Shown here: positions 26,068-38,569 of the stretch, in pieces | Layout: the number at the start of each line of letters is the position of its first letter | How positions within the stretch are numbered: position 1 is the stretch's first letter | Notes under the pieces: generated by a model | Databases searched by the model: none | Told to the model about the DNA's origin: nothing | Seen by the model: only the letters and a program-made list of their open reading frames with translations | NCBI GenBank assembly: GCA_965113315.1 | Contig: OZ220370.1 | Direction: 5' to 3' (one strand) | DNA: 64,000 bases | Origin: Podarcis vaucheri | Lineage: Eukaryota | Program-made: the position numbers and the translations under genes

Positions 26068-27646
26068 TTTTAGACAAAGCCACTGCCATCTTCATGAAAG
26101 CAAAGTTATACAAAATAATGAAGAAGCCAATTCTTTATGCCGCCCAGTTATGCACTGTCGTTTGAACACCGCTGAAAGCATTAAACTACAAGTTTTTTTT
26201 AATTCCAAGACATATAACAAACAGCATGTTGACAATTAAGAAGTATGATCGATATTGTTAATGTTTTTTAAAATATATATATATTAGAAAAAAACCTGGA
26301 TTGTTATGTTTTTTAGCCAAAAGTATTATTGTTCTTTTTGTGAGCATACCCTCCTTTTTGGCAATTTTTCAGAGACATGAATGTGTTTACTATTCAGGAA
26401 ACATTGTCCTCACTCTGAGCTGGCTTTGCTTGTTCTCAGTGGTACCATAGCCAAAACTTGTTGGCTTTGCGGCATTGTTACATGCCATTTATCACACAAT
26501 TCTCAAATGGATGGAATTTTCCAGGTTATTACTCCAGGAATTAGAGCAATTAGAAAGAAAAAAATGGCACCGAAACAGCAAAAGATAGGAAAAATTGTGG
26601 CCATAAAAAGAATGGAAGAATAGTGAACATTTTCACAACTAAGTCCCCATCCCCTGCCCCCGAAATAGTTCTCCTCCTGCTCTCCCAAAAGTGCTACTTT
26701 TCACCCGGCTATCAAAATGCAGTTCTAATCGTATGAAAAGGATGTAATCCTGAACAATAAAATGGCTTTTATTTTACCAAGCCAATTCAATTTTTCTCAA
26801 ATAAAACTGACTAGTTCAATCTTTCATAGCCACCGGGGGGGGGGGCTTGGTCTCAAGAGTATTCTCTATGACATGGTTCATGACAAGTTACCCCTTTCCT
26901 GATAATCAAGTGGTGAGTGCCTTTGCTTATGCAGCTGAAAAACTGCGAAAGAAAGAGGGATCAGCAGGCTTAGGAGAACTCAAAGGTGTTTAGAAGGAGA
27001 GAGACATAGTGTCTGATCTTTATTTGACCTCCTGATCTGATACTCAACTAAATTTCTTTCTGGTACAACTTTACTGTAGATCTAACCTATTATATCATAT
27101 TTGGCGGAAGCACTTCATTTCTACTAAGTCTGGCCCGAGCTGAAAGATTGTACATGATGAAGAATCCAACACCAGTTCCCTTGATAGTTTGTCGTAACAG
27201 TAAATCAACGCTATCACTACTTTATGCTTTATTTCTAATTTGAGATTTTCAAGGTTTAGCCATTTGTCCTCTTAATGTTTCACTCTGTTAAGATTTAGGA
27301 GTGCTCCTATACTTTCTCCCCAATAAGTTACTTACACTTCCTAAGATGTAACAACATTTTCTGTTTGATGTGCTAATTTGTGTAATCTACTTTTTCCAGG
27401 CCGTTTCCCATATCCCAGCAGTTTTTCAAAATCTTTTATAATGGGTCAAAACTGGAAAAAATATTTATATCTATGTCCATATGAATGAGACTGCCACCTT
27501 GTGGGGATTATTTAAAACTTGCTGTGCATGGTAACTGGTCCACAAGCCAATTTATGTCCAGTGCCTTGCTGAATAAATCTGTCCCTCCATATTACTGGGC
27601 AAACCAAGGGTGTTAGAAATACGTTCAAAAAGAAATTGTTATGATA

Positions 27647-27888
27647 CAGTGGTACCTCGGGTTACATATGCTTCAGGTTACATATGCTTCAGGTTACAGA
27701 CTCCGTTAACCCAGAAATATTACCTTGGGTTAAGAACTTTGCTTCAGGATGAGAACTGAAATCTTGCTCCCGCGATGCGGCAGCAGCAGGAGGCCCCATT
27801 AGCTAAAGTGGTGCTTCAGGTTAAGAACAGTTTCAGGTTAAGAACGGACCTCCGGAACAAATTAAGTACTTAACCCGAGGTACCACTG
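27647..27888. mobile_element. 242-bp Tigger-like MITE, copy 1
   Basis: TA|CAGTGGTACCTCGGGTTA...TAACCCGAGGTACCACTG|TA. Confidence 0.93.
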
Positions 27889-28121
27889 TATTCTGAATTT
27901 TCCATAGAATGGTTAACTATGTAATGGTTTCTGTTATCATAGCTGTTGCCATTGCTCATTGATATCATTTTGAAAACAAAATACATCCAGGTAGAACAGA
28001 ATCAGTTAATTAACCTAGTAAGTAAACATTAGAAACAGCTAGAAGCAGGGGGTGAAAAAAAAGGGGGAAAATAAGTCGTTTCCCACAGGCAAATATTCAG
28101 CAACCGTGGGAACAGGATGCT

Positions 28122-28293
28122 GGGTGGAATCTACACACATATAAACAACACTGTGTAAATGAGTTTTTAAAAAACGTTTTGAAAAATACATTTAATTTGG
28201 CATAGCTCACTGTCGCCATCTAGTGTCACATTTGTATACTGTACTTTACAACACATTTAGAATGTTTCGTTTGCAGCTGTGTAGCGGAGTCCC
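28122..28293. mobile_element. Old MITE-like element carrying a CTCF-like motif
   Basis: Degenerate inverted ends (GGAATCTACACA / TGTGTAGCGGAGTCCC); central CGCCATCTAGTGTCAC (28214-28229). Confidence 0.45.
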
Positions 28294-28526
28294 TGGTCTG
28301 GATTGGGCCATTGGCCTGATCCAGCAGACTCTTCTTATGTTCTTAGAAAAAAAGATTACTCTCATATTATTCCTAGTACATCATATGGTTGAATTGTTTC
28401 CTTGCATTTTGTTCCAATATTGGATGAACAACCTCCACTTCTATAAAGGCAGGCCATTTTGCTGTCTGTCCTACCTGGTTCGTATAATATTGGTAAGCTT
28501 AACAATATAAGTGTATGATCATGCCT

Positions 28527-28596
28527 TTGAGTATGTAAAATACGTTATTCTTATTTGTGTATGAATAAGAAAGAATAACGTATTTTACATACTCAA
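28527..28596. repeat. Perfect 26-bp inverted repeat with 18-nt spacer
   Basis: TTGAGTATGTAAAATACGTTATTCTT (28527-28552) is the exact reverse complement of 28571-28596. Confidence 0.97.
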
Positions 28597-29299
28597 GGAT
28601 AAAGTTTGGGAAAAAATTACTACTTCTTCTCTCTCCCCTGCAGGTTAAAACACATGCAATCAGATGTGCTGAGATTAATCTTGTATCCTGATATAGTACT
28701 TAAGTAATTTGGTTATTATGCCAAAAAATGTTTCCCAAGTTGTGTAAATTCTCTGCCTGGAGTGGAGGTAGGGAAACTGAGGGATAAGCACCCTCCCTGA
28801 GTGTTTTTATTGGCTGGAATGTGTACTTAAACTCTGATAATGCTGTATAGTGATCAGTGGGTGAGGGTGTGTAGAAACTAGCCTATTATGCAAACATCAA
28901 TTTATATCCATGCCTCTGCCCACTGTCAGACAGTGGGGAACAGTAGGGAGTGCTCAGGTGAGTCAAGGGCTTCAGATAGCGGCAGTAAGGCATCCCTGGA
29001 CAGGTAATGGTTGCCAGAGTGGCGCCAGAGTGCCCAAGCACATAAAGCAGAAAAGGGGTAGCAAGGACTCTTCGGAATCAAATTACAGTACTGTACATGG
29101 ATTCTGAGGATCCTTCTGGCATTCACCTATTGAAGTAAGTCAGGGAACATATTTTGAATGAAGACTATGTTCCCCATGTTGCCCCCCAGAGACAGAAAAG
29201 GGTAAATGGGATAACAGAAAATCAGATGGCTCAAGGAAAGGTAAAAAAGGTTCAGGTGCAATGCACCTTTGCAAATTGGTTGTCTGCCTTCTCCATTTA

Positions 29300-29620
29300 T
29301 GTGGGGGTGGGCTTATGCAGGCAATGAAAGAGGATCTGAGGGTCAGATTAAGCTTTTTGCAGGCATACAATGGGGTCTCTCTCTGGCAGGCCCTGCTGGT
29401 CACATGCCAGGACTACCAGATTCATTCAGATGCCTCAGGCAGCCTGGGCTTTGGGGTTTACTTCAGGGGTTATTGGTGCTCCAATCCATGGAGGGAGGGG
29501 ATCACTCTGATCTCACCTTTCTAGAATTATTCCCCATCCTGTAGACAATACTGAGCTAAGTGGACCAATCACCTGACAAGGTATTGTCCATATGGTGAAG
29601 GGGATTGGAAGGATTTCTGT
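29300..29620 (+). mobile_element. DIRS/Ngaro-like retrotransposon RNase H remnant
   Basis: MKEDLRVRLSFLQAYNGVSLW...IHSDASGSLGFGVYFRGYWC, frameshifting to SDLTFLELFPIL; this resembles the RNase H region of tyrosine-recombinase retrotransposons. Confidence 0.75.
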
Positions 29621-30036
29621 GAAGAACTGTCAAATGACAGTTCTGTAACTAGTATATTTATGAATCCAAGGTAAGAGTAAATAATTCGTTTTAATTCTTT
29701 GTCTGAATATACCTTTGGATATATTGAGGAATGAAGCATATTTAGCTGACACACAAACACAGCTGCTGACTCTAGAGAGCCAGAGCCAGTTTGAAGCATT
29801 AAGAAGGAAAACATATTGGCTTAATCCAACATTCTATCCATCCAAGTGTCACTTCCATAATACTGATTTGGCATTAGATTGTTGTTATCATTACTTTATA
29901 ATTAGGTCAACAGCAGAGTGGAGAACACAAATGACAGCTTTAACAACAACAACAACAAAAAGTCTAACTAGAAAACAAAATCAGTACTCATATAAACAAT
30001 ATGGTTAATTTCAAATGATTTTAAAGCACATTTATA

Positions 30037-30278
30037 CAGTGGTACCTCAGGTTACATACGCTTCAGGTTACATAAGCTTCAGGTTACAGACTCCGCTAAC
30101 CCAGAAATAGTGCTTCAGGTTAAGAACTTTGCTTCAGGATGAGAACAGAAATCGGGCTCCGGCGGAGCGGCAGCAGCAGGAGGCCCCATTAGCAAAAGTG
30201 GTGCTTCAGCTTAAGAACAGTTTCAGGTTAAGTACGGACCTCCGGAACGAATTAAGTACTTAACCCAAGGTACCACTG
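30037..30278. mobile_element. 242-bp Tigger-like MITE, copy 2
   Basis: TA|CAGTGGTACCTCAGGTTA...TAACCCAAGGTACCACTG|TA; near-identical to copy 1. Confidence 0.93.
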
Positions 30279-31076
30279 TATATGTTTTCTTTTCTATCAA
30301 AGGCCTATTCTGATATTTTCCTTATTTTGTTTTCCACCAATGAATGATCCAGAATTGTGAAATAATTTTGGCTAGTCCTATTGGTAGCTTCCCTGCCTAT
30401 TACAACCTTTGTATGAATGTGGCTACTCAGGGACTACTACTCTCCCCGCCCCCCACGCCCCCCCCCCAGTTCTGCTAATGACATCAGTGAAATCTGCAAA
30501 GGTGGAGGGGGTTTACGTGTGTGAAAGAACCTTGGAATATTTATACTTATTAATTTTTTGAATGTGTTAATAACAAATTTGTTAATTTGGATTTCAACAT
30601 GTTTAACTTTGTTCCTAATTAACAAAACAAAAAAAGAAAAAAAGAGAGGATTAAATGCTCCCATGAGGAATATTGCTTTCAGCTGCATGTGGAAGGAATC
30701 GCTCCCATCACTTGACCAAAATAATAAACAGGTTGCGGGGGTGGGGAGGGGAGACAGCATACTAGACTGCCAGAACTACTTCAGGAATATTCACTACTTC
30801 AGCATAATAAGGCATACCAAGCTAAAACAGACTCTCTTCAAGTACAGTATGAATTATAAATTGCTGCCTGTTTAATCAATTATACTTTAATGCTTTCAAA
30901 GTTGTTTGAATATCCAAGGCTAACAAATGCTAATCTTATACTGGTCTAATAAAATTGGGGTTTCATCTCTCTCTCTCACACCCACACACAATTTTACACA
31001 CTCTATACTGATAAAAATAACCACAAAGAGCAAATATCTAATGCAATAATAATAAAAAACTGTCTTAATTCAATTA

Positions 31077-31445
31077 AAAGGTAAAGGTAAAGGACCCCTG
31101 ACAGTTAGGTCCAGCTGCGGACAACTCTGGGGTTGCAGCGCTTATCTCACTTTACAGGCCGAGGGAGCTGGTGTTTGTCCACAGACAGTTTTTTCGGGTC
31201 ATGTGGCCAGCATGACTAAGCCGCTTCTGGTGAAACCAGAGCAGTGCACAGAAATGCAGTTTACCTTCCCGCCAGAGCGGTACCTATTTATCTACTTTCA
31301 ATTTGACGTGCTTTCGAACTACTAGGTTGGCAGGAGCAGGGACCGAGCAACGGGAGCTCACTCCATCACAGGGATTCGAACCACCGACCTTCTGATTGGC
31401 AAGCCCAAGGCTCAGTGGTTTAGACCACAGCGTCACCTGCGTCCC
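31077..31445 (-). mobile_element. Full-length Sauria SINE
   Basis: Minus strand begins GGGACGCAGGTGACGCTGTGGTCTAAACC, has B box GGTTCGAATCC, ends (ACCTTT)n; TSD TTAATTCAATTA (31065-31076) / TTAATTCAGTTA (31448-31459). Confidence 0.92.
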
Positions 31446-33855
31446 TTTTAATTCAGTTAGCATACATTTTTTCCCCAGCAGGAGGCAAAGGTCCAAGTAG
31501 CTAAGAGGTTTACATACATTTAGCATTTCGACCTGCTTTTTTTCAGAATACAATTCCCCAACAACTGAGCTGCCAACACATGAGAGCTCAGTGGTGCATC
31601 TGCAGAAAGCTCACTTACAGGATGCCTGCAGAGGGAATAGCAAGACATGTGCAAGCATCATAGCCAAGACACCAAGTAACTCCCTCATGAGATCTGCAGG
31701 AGTCATCCAAAAGTGTCTCCTGCCCCCATTCACTTAGAATGAGAATGCAATTCTTCAGTATTTCTAATACACTCCGTTTTAAATGTTGCGTATACTTAAA
31801 AAATATGAACATACTGCTTCTCTGGAGAATATTATGTTTTCTCCACATTGTAGATTTATGTAACATACCCTTTTAAAGAACCAGGGACTTAAATTCAAGT
31901 TACAGAATATTTTCTTTTTTTTAAAAAAAGAACAAAACTTTAGCTGAAGTCTTTATTTTCTGCAAGCGCCCATAAAACGAACATTTTAAAATTGAGTTCC
32001 TAGAAATATTTCCTTTGTAAGGCATTGAAATGAAATGCCTGACATCTGTTTCTCATTAAATCCATTAGAGATTGCTTGAAATAATGTACACAGCAATTAT
32101 CTGCTAACAATGCTGCATAGTTATTAGCATACTAAGATGCTGCCCTGTGACCCATGAAAGTGAGGGGTACTTGCATGTACTCATATTTAAGTTGCATTCA
32201 TAAGACCATGTGGGCATGTAATAAATGCTGTAGAATCCTGTGGCTGTTGCTTCCCAGCAAGCTACTAGCCAGACACATGTAGCTGCTGCCAGGTTCACGA
32301 TTCAACTTTTGTCAAGGCACTGCACAAAACTCCTTTTTTGCAGCCATGCACCAAAGGAAGAATTTTGTGTCTGGTGGTAGAAACATCTGCTCATTTGCCA
32401 TAGGCTAGGAACCAATACACAGAGTTGCCATTTTTCTTTTTGACAGGGCTACTGTGCATGTCAACATCCTACTTGTCTTGCCGCCTTAAGGGAATAGGTG
32501 CTCCTCCCACCCTAAAAGCTGGCAAACCTAACTACATATGTAAATGCTGATGTGAATAGGCCCTTTAAGTCCTTTTCTTCCAATAAGCCAATAAATGTAG
32601 CTTAGGTCAGTGATAGCAGCTGAGTAACATACTGCTGTGTTAGGCAGGAGAGAAAAACTGAGGAAGTCGGACCTACTTCCCAAATATCTTTGGTCCTGCC
32701 TGTGTCAGCTGACAAAATATGTCCCACTTCCATCGGCTATGGGGTTCCATAAAGTAAATTGATCAGGGCGCTTTCTCCAACCCCAATTTCCTGTGCTCCT
32801 CAATGTATTTTCACACATATCCAGTATGTTAATAGATTTGTGAATCATACCGTGCTATAATCTTGACTTTCTAAACAGCAACAGCTTTAATCAAACTAAG
32901 ATGTCTTTCTAGTTGGGATTTAAATTCATCCATAAATAAGCCAGTCTTTTTTAATGGGAAAACAGAGTCTACAAAAAAAGTGTGTGTGTGAAGTCAGATG
33001 AATACTAAATTTTAAAATTGCTTAAGAGGAAGACATGCTTACAAAACCTGTTCTTTGTCACTGATAAATGTTTCACCAAGACTTCTGATCTCCTAAGACA
33101 AATGCATCATAAATTTATATGGGCATGCTTTAAAAATACAACAGATAAACTAAAGTTAAATTAGACGGATTTCATGGCTAAAATAGCTTAATGTGATTCA
33201 AAATGTATTATTTAGCCAAGAATAATATTTTAGTTATAAAAAAGCAATAGACTGAAATATCTAATTATCTAAAGATAAACAAATACAATTCATGCAATAT
33301 GTAAAGGGTGCATTTATAATTAATAGTGAACATTGTAATTGCAAGTAAAATCATTTGCATAATTTACAAGTAAATAAATGGATGTTTAATGGTCTTATAA
33401 TAAAATATAAAAGAAGTTATATTGCTTTTGCATCCAATAAAATTAATGCACACTATCCATATGAATGAAAGATGTTGATTTCTGTGTGCATTAATAGAAT
33501 CCGCTTATTTTTAAAATAGAGCTAAAAAGACAGCCATTTAAAAGAAATGTAACATATGAAGAAACTATTATTATATATGATCAAAAATTCAGTGCCATAT
33601 TTCAATAACACATATATCAGGCCAGCAGCCATTGCTTTGCAGGTTGCCTGTTACTTCATCATATCAATTCTGTATTGAATTTATCTCTCATATATAATTG
33701 AAAGCACACTGTCTTCAAACAAAGCTCTTTGTTTCCATACAATAAGACAAATTGTCCAAAGACCCATGCAGCATACAGACGTACCTCAGAATCTTGATGA
33801 ACATAATAAAATAGCATCCATAATAAAATAGTATCCATAGTATTACTACGAATAA

Positions 33856-34156
33856 AAAAAGGTAAAAGACCCCTGGATGGTTAAGTCCAGTCAAAGGTGA
33901 CTATGGGGTTGTTTTCAGGCTGAGGGAGCCGGCGTTTGTCCACAGGCGGCTTTCTGGGTCATGTGGTCAGCATGACTAAACCACTTCTGGTGCAACAGGA
34001 CAGCGTGATGGAAACCAGAGCACTGTGGTCTAAACCACTGAGCCTCTTGGGCTTGCCAATCAGAAGGTCAGTGGTTTGAATCCCTGTGACGGAGTGATCT
34101 CTCAGTCACCTTTGACTGGACTTAACTGTCCAGGGTGTCCTTTACCTTTTTATTTT
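33856..34156. mobile_element. Rearranged Sauria SINE chimera with inverted tails
   Basis: Minus-strand 3' half (33856-34020), plus-strand head (34021-34100), plus-strand tail (34104-34151); 13-bp TSD with one CpG-type mismatch. Confidence 0.85.
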
Positions 34157-35131
34157 TTACTATGAATAACATGCTAGATAGAGATCTAACCTGATGACTA
34201 CATGACTGCTATCCTAGTAAAATTGCTCTTCCTGGTCTGTGTTGACAAGTTCAACCAAAATGCACCCAAATATAACTATGACTTGTAAACAATGCAGTGC
34301 TAAGTTATGTATCCCGTCAGCACAATGATGTACATTTCTGAAAAGGAACTTTCCTCCCCACCGCAAAAATGTGTTCCTGTACTTCCTGCTGAGCAGATTT
34401 GGGGAGGAAACAAGAGTACAGAGGATGGGAGTCCTGCTATGCAATCATAAATCCTTGTGCTGCTGGGAACTGCACTGGAAACAAGCCTTGCAGTCCAATG
34501 CTTTTATGTAGCTTTATGAGTCCTGCCAGACTTGGGCATGGAGTGACAGGTGAAGAGGAGGAGGGGGGAGAGGAAGAGGAAATGGCTCTGAGACTGAAGA
34601 ACAGAGGTCAGAAGAGGCAGGTACTTCTATCTTCCAGTAAATGGCTGTTCTGGATGGGGAAGCAGGGCTCCTCACTCCCTTCCCATCTCACGGGGACAGA
34701 AGAGCACCAATGGAATCTGGGGAGGGCCTTAATCAATTGTTCAGGGTGCAGGAACCAGTGTTTGAAGTTATTTTTTGGGCAGGGAAGGGGAGCCTGTTCA
34801 CCCAGGACCCAGCAACGTTTTCATCAATTGGAACAGACACATTATCCCCAACACAATGCAGGTCTGCATGATCACAATTCTCACAACACTCTCACAAGGC
34901 CCAGGGGGTTTGTGAGTAAGCCAGCCTTTACATTTAAAAGCTTGGGAGGTCGGTGTGCTGACCCACTGGAATGACCTCATTGCTTCTGTCATCCTTGTCC
35001 TGATCTTGGACTCCCTCAACTTGGGCTGCTGCTTCTATCTAGCCCAGCTAAGACTGCCTTTCCTTTACCTAGCCTGAAAGTTGTGGCTGCTGTGACATTA
35101 GTACTCTGCCTCAGTAAAGATATCTTCTGTA

Positions 35132-35227
35132 CAGTGGTACCTCAGGTTACATACGCTTCAGGTTACATATGCTTCAGGTTAAAGACTCCGCTAACCCAGA
35201 AATAGTGCTTAACCCGAGGTACCACTG
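35132..35227. mobile_element. Internally deleted 96-bp Tigger-like MITE, copy 3
   Basis: Both TIRs and TA TSDs intact; 146 bp missing relative to the 242-bp copies. Confidence 0.92.
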
Positions 35228-35380
35228 TACTCTTAAGTTGCTCTAAACAGGAGTCTAGGATAAGATTTTTTCCTTGAAAATTACTCGAGTCATGTCCCCT
35301 GCCTCAAGGTACCATTGTTGCCCTCAAGCAAACCTTCTCTGCAAATGAGTTCTTGCATTAGGATGACCTGGAGGCCTGGG

Positions 35381-35645
35381 CAGTGGTGGAACAAGCCAAT
35401 GGGGCGCCTGGGGGTGGCGTGTGTGCCGTGCACCCAGGGGGTGGGGCCGGCCGCCCATAGGGCAGGGCAGGGTGAGCAAGGGCAGGACGCTCTGTGGGGC
35501 TGCTGAGGAGTCTGTCTGCCTCCTCCCACTCAGTGGAGAGACACATGGCTTGGCCCTGTGGTGAGTGCCACCCGGCATTTTGTCACCCCCCTCAGTGGAG
35601 ACACCCAGGGTGGCCTGCCTCCACCGCACCTTTCCTCCGCTCCTG
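35381..35645. mobile_element. GC-rich hAT MITE
   Basis: TIRs CAGTGGTGGA / TCCGCTCCTG; TSD GGCCTGGG (35373-35380) / GGCCCGGG (35646-35653). Confidence 0.75.
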
Positions 35646-35679
35646 GGCCCGGGTATTACAAGAAAGTCCTAGATCAGGC

Positions 35680-36150
35680 TCGGTTTGCAAACACTTCATG
35701 GAGCTCAGATTCCAAGTGATGCCCATGGCGGCCTTGGGTGGCCATTACAATAGGGTTCCATATGATGACAGACTCTGCATATGTAGCCAACCACAGGTGG
35801 AAAATATCATACATTACTTGCTAATCCTCCCTTTGTATAGGGATACAAGAGATCGATTCCTGAAACCTTTGCTAATTCCTAGAAGCAGGCCATGGCTTTC
35901 TTTTGAGGGACGCTAACAGATTTTTTTATACATAAAGTGGCACTTTATGCTCTGGCTGCAAGAAAGATAAGAAAGAGAGATGGGCATTATTTTAACAAGT
36001 TGTGATGGTGATCTGGAGGCATAACGGAAGTTAAGCTGGGTATGAGATAACAGATGACACTTATGAACTCTGATGCCCTTTCTTTAAACACTTGATGCCT
36101 TGTATTATGTAATTATTGTTTTATGGCCTTTGGTTAATACAGTAAGCCTG
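35680..36150 (+). mobile_element. LINE ORF2 C-terminus and 3' UTR remnant (RTE-X-like)
   Basis: FMELRFQVMP...GHYNRVPYDDRLCICSQPQVENIIHYLLILPLYRDTR resembles the C-terminal CxC...H...C zinc knuckle of non-LTR elements. Confidence 0.7.
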
Positions 36151-38569
36151 TTGATTATCTCAGTAGTTGCAAACACAATGTAACTTTTTTGAGTTATCAT
36201 ACTGGGGTAATGGGGCATGCATGTGATTTGAGAACAGGAGCAGGCTACCTATTTGGTGAATAATAGACTCCCATAGCTGCATAACTAAGTGGTATCTACA
36301 GATTCCACTTGACTATGTTAAATACCAGTGCTAATATTTTGCTTTTCATTTTCTTTTATTGACAGGTGAAACCATTAAATAGAGAATTAATTTTTTTGGG
36401 ATGTCCGTGAAGGAACTAATTAGCAACATAACACACAAACATGGGAAAACAATATAATTCAAATTGCAAAAATCAGTGACTATTAAGGTTGATTCACTTT
36501 GCTAACTTTTAAACCAAAATATTAATGTTTGTTTGAATCATAATAACTAGTGTTTTTGTTTAAAATGGTGATAGAGACTTGCATGCAGCCAAACAAAATA
36601 TAACTGTATTCGTTAAATTTTTTGTTATTATTTATATATAGTGTGTGTTGCTTTTGTTTTTCCATAAATGTTATGTTGGACAATACAGTGATGTATAGTG
36701 TGATCCTTCCCATTTTCCCCTTCCCTAATGGTATTATGTGTACTGCGTTTCCCAAACATGGGTCTTCAGCTGTTGGGAGTAAATTACACTGAATTCATGG
36801 TGAGGATTGCACTGTTAGTTACTATTATGGAGAGGCAGAAGGGGAGGAGCTAAAGGAGGGTTCCTAAATTAGGCATAGTTCTAAAGACTTGTCTTGGCTA
36901 AGACTAAGACAACCAGGAAGGGGAAGAGTTCACACACTAAGCATTATTGTTCAAAATATTGTGAGCAAAAGTTGGGTGAGATTAGGGACACACAAAATGT
37001 ATAAGAGAGAGGGCTACTTGTCTGGAGAGCATGATGAAGCAAAATATAGAATATCTGTTCTAATCTGTATTAGCGCTGTTAGATATGAGGTTATGTTTCT
37101 GAGGGGGATTTGCCTATTAACAAATAGCAGAACAACAAGTACATGGTTCAGAGACTTAGTGGTAAGACAAGGGTATGAAAATAAGACTCAGACTCAAGGC
37201 AGGATATGTGGATGAGGGGCAAGGAAGGATTATCTCATCTCTTGCTAAAGGGAGCTGTGCTTAAAAATGCCTATTCATTTATTACGTGACTATTATTTTA
37301 GCCTTTAAACTCTGCAGTGGAATTTTAATACTTTTTTTTAAAAGTTCTGTTCCTGACTTGGTGAGCTCTACAGACCAGATGTTTGTGAGTTTGCTCCTGA
37401 ACTGAGAAGTAGTTTCCATTCTGGAAGAACCATCTTCAAGTTCAGTGGAACAAACATAAATACATGGGTCCCGCTGCAGCACCAGCCACAGTGAAGTATC
37501 TTTCTTTCCATTGTTTTTCTGATGAGGCAGGTCACTGTGTGGTCTTGGTAAGCCTTTTCAACAAAAGGGATAAAGTCCTTTGGGGAGATGTTCCATTAAT
37601 GTCCAGGTATTAGAAGCAACTCCTGAAGCAATTTACTGTTTTGTGATTGGTTCTTTTTGTGCATTAATCACTGCATCTTGTATTATAAGGTTGCATGATT
37701 GCCATGATTAGAGCCTGAGGGAAGCCTTCTAACTTTTGACAAAGTTACCTACTAAGGTGTGCTGCTGTCTGCATTCTTTCACTATCTACATTTATAATTT
37801 CAACTGCCATTTCTTTTTTTTAAAAAAGAGTAACATGACTTCCTTCCACTGCTAATGTTCTTTAAGAAGTTACCTCCCATTTCAGCTACAGTGGGGAAAG
37901 AAATTGTAGAGGACAAGGAAGACACTGGCAAGGAAAAAAGAGGGGGCAGAAGTACAAACGAAGATACAGCCACAGAGGCTGTTAAACAAAATATTAACGG
38001 CAACTCAAGTAATGCTCAACATGAGAGCCAACAACATCATTGACTGTGGTGGCATCCAAGGAAAGGGACACAGGTTCAGTCTTGTCTGTTCCCCACTGCC
38101 TACTTCATGCCACTGTGCAGCACATTGGGGAAGTGAACCAGGTTTCAGTGCTGTCAATTTTCTTCCATGCATAAAAGCGGATCTCCAACTGGTGTGGCCA
38201 TCAAACCCAGGTCAAATCCCTAATCCACAGTCTCAAAGTTTACCAGACCCTACCACAAATTGATTCAGAAACAAGGGGTGAAACTGAAAAATAAATCACA
38301 TGTAGTTCCATTCCCGATGTGGTTTCCCTTGTTATTACTAAAATAACATACACATGGTTTAGGCAACTGACAGACAAAGGTGCAAGGATGAGACGCAAGG
38401 AAGCTTTCTCTTTCAATAGTAAACAGAAAATTCAAAGTTCCAGTGAGAATCCCTAGGTTTGCAAATACACCTTACTCATTTCTTCTTTAATCTCACTACT
38501 AACACTCTCTTCACGGAACCCACTATTTTCTGTCCACATGTTTACCTGAATTATTTACCTTCTCACATA

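Noticed and set aside
27647-27888. Recurrent GCTTCAGGTTA units superficially like a CRISPR array
   Set aside because: Short, irregularly spaced subterminal repeats inside a TIR/TA-flanked MITE in a vertebrate genome; no cas genes.
33803-33840. Short tandem duplications (also 47385-47405 and 59921-59952)
   Set aside because: Ordinary slippage-type duplications with no further structure.
34399-34974. 191-aa ORF
   Set aside because: No recognisable protein; it overlaps purine-rich low-complexity sequence and probable decayed LINE sequence.
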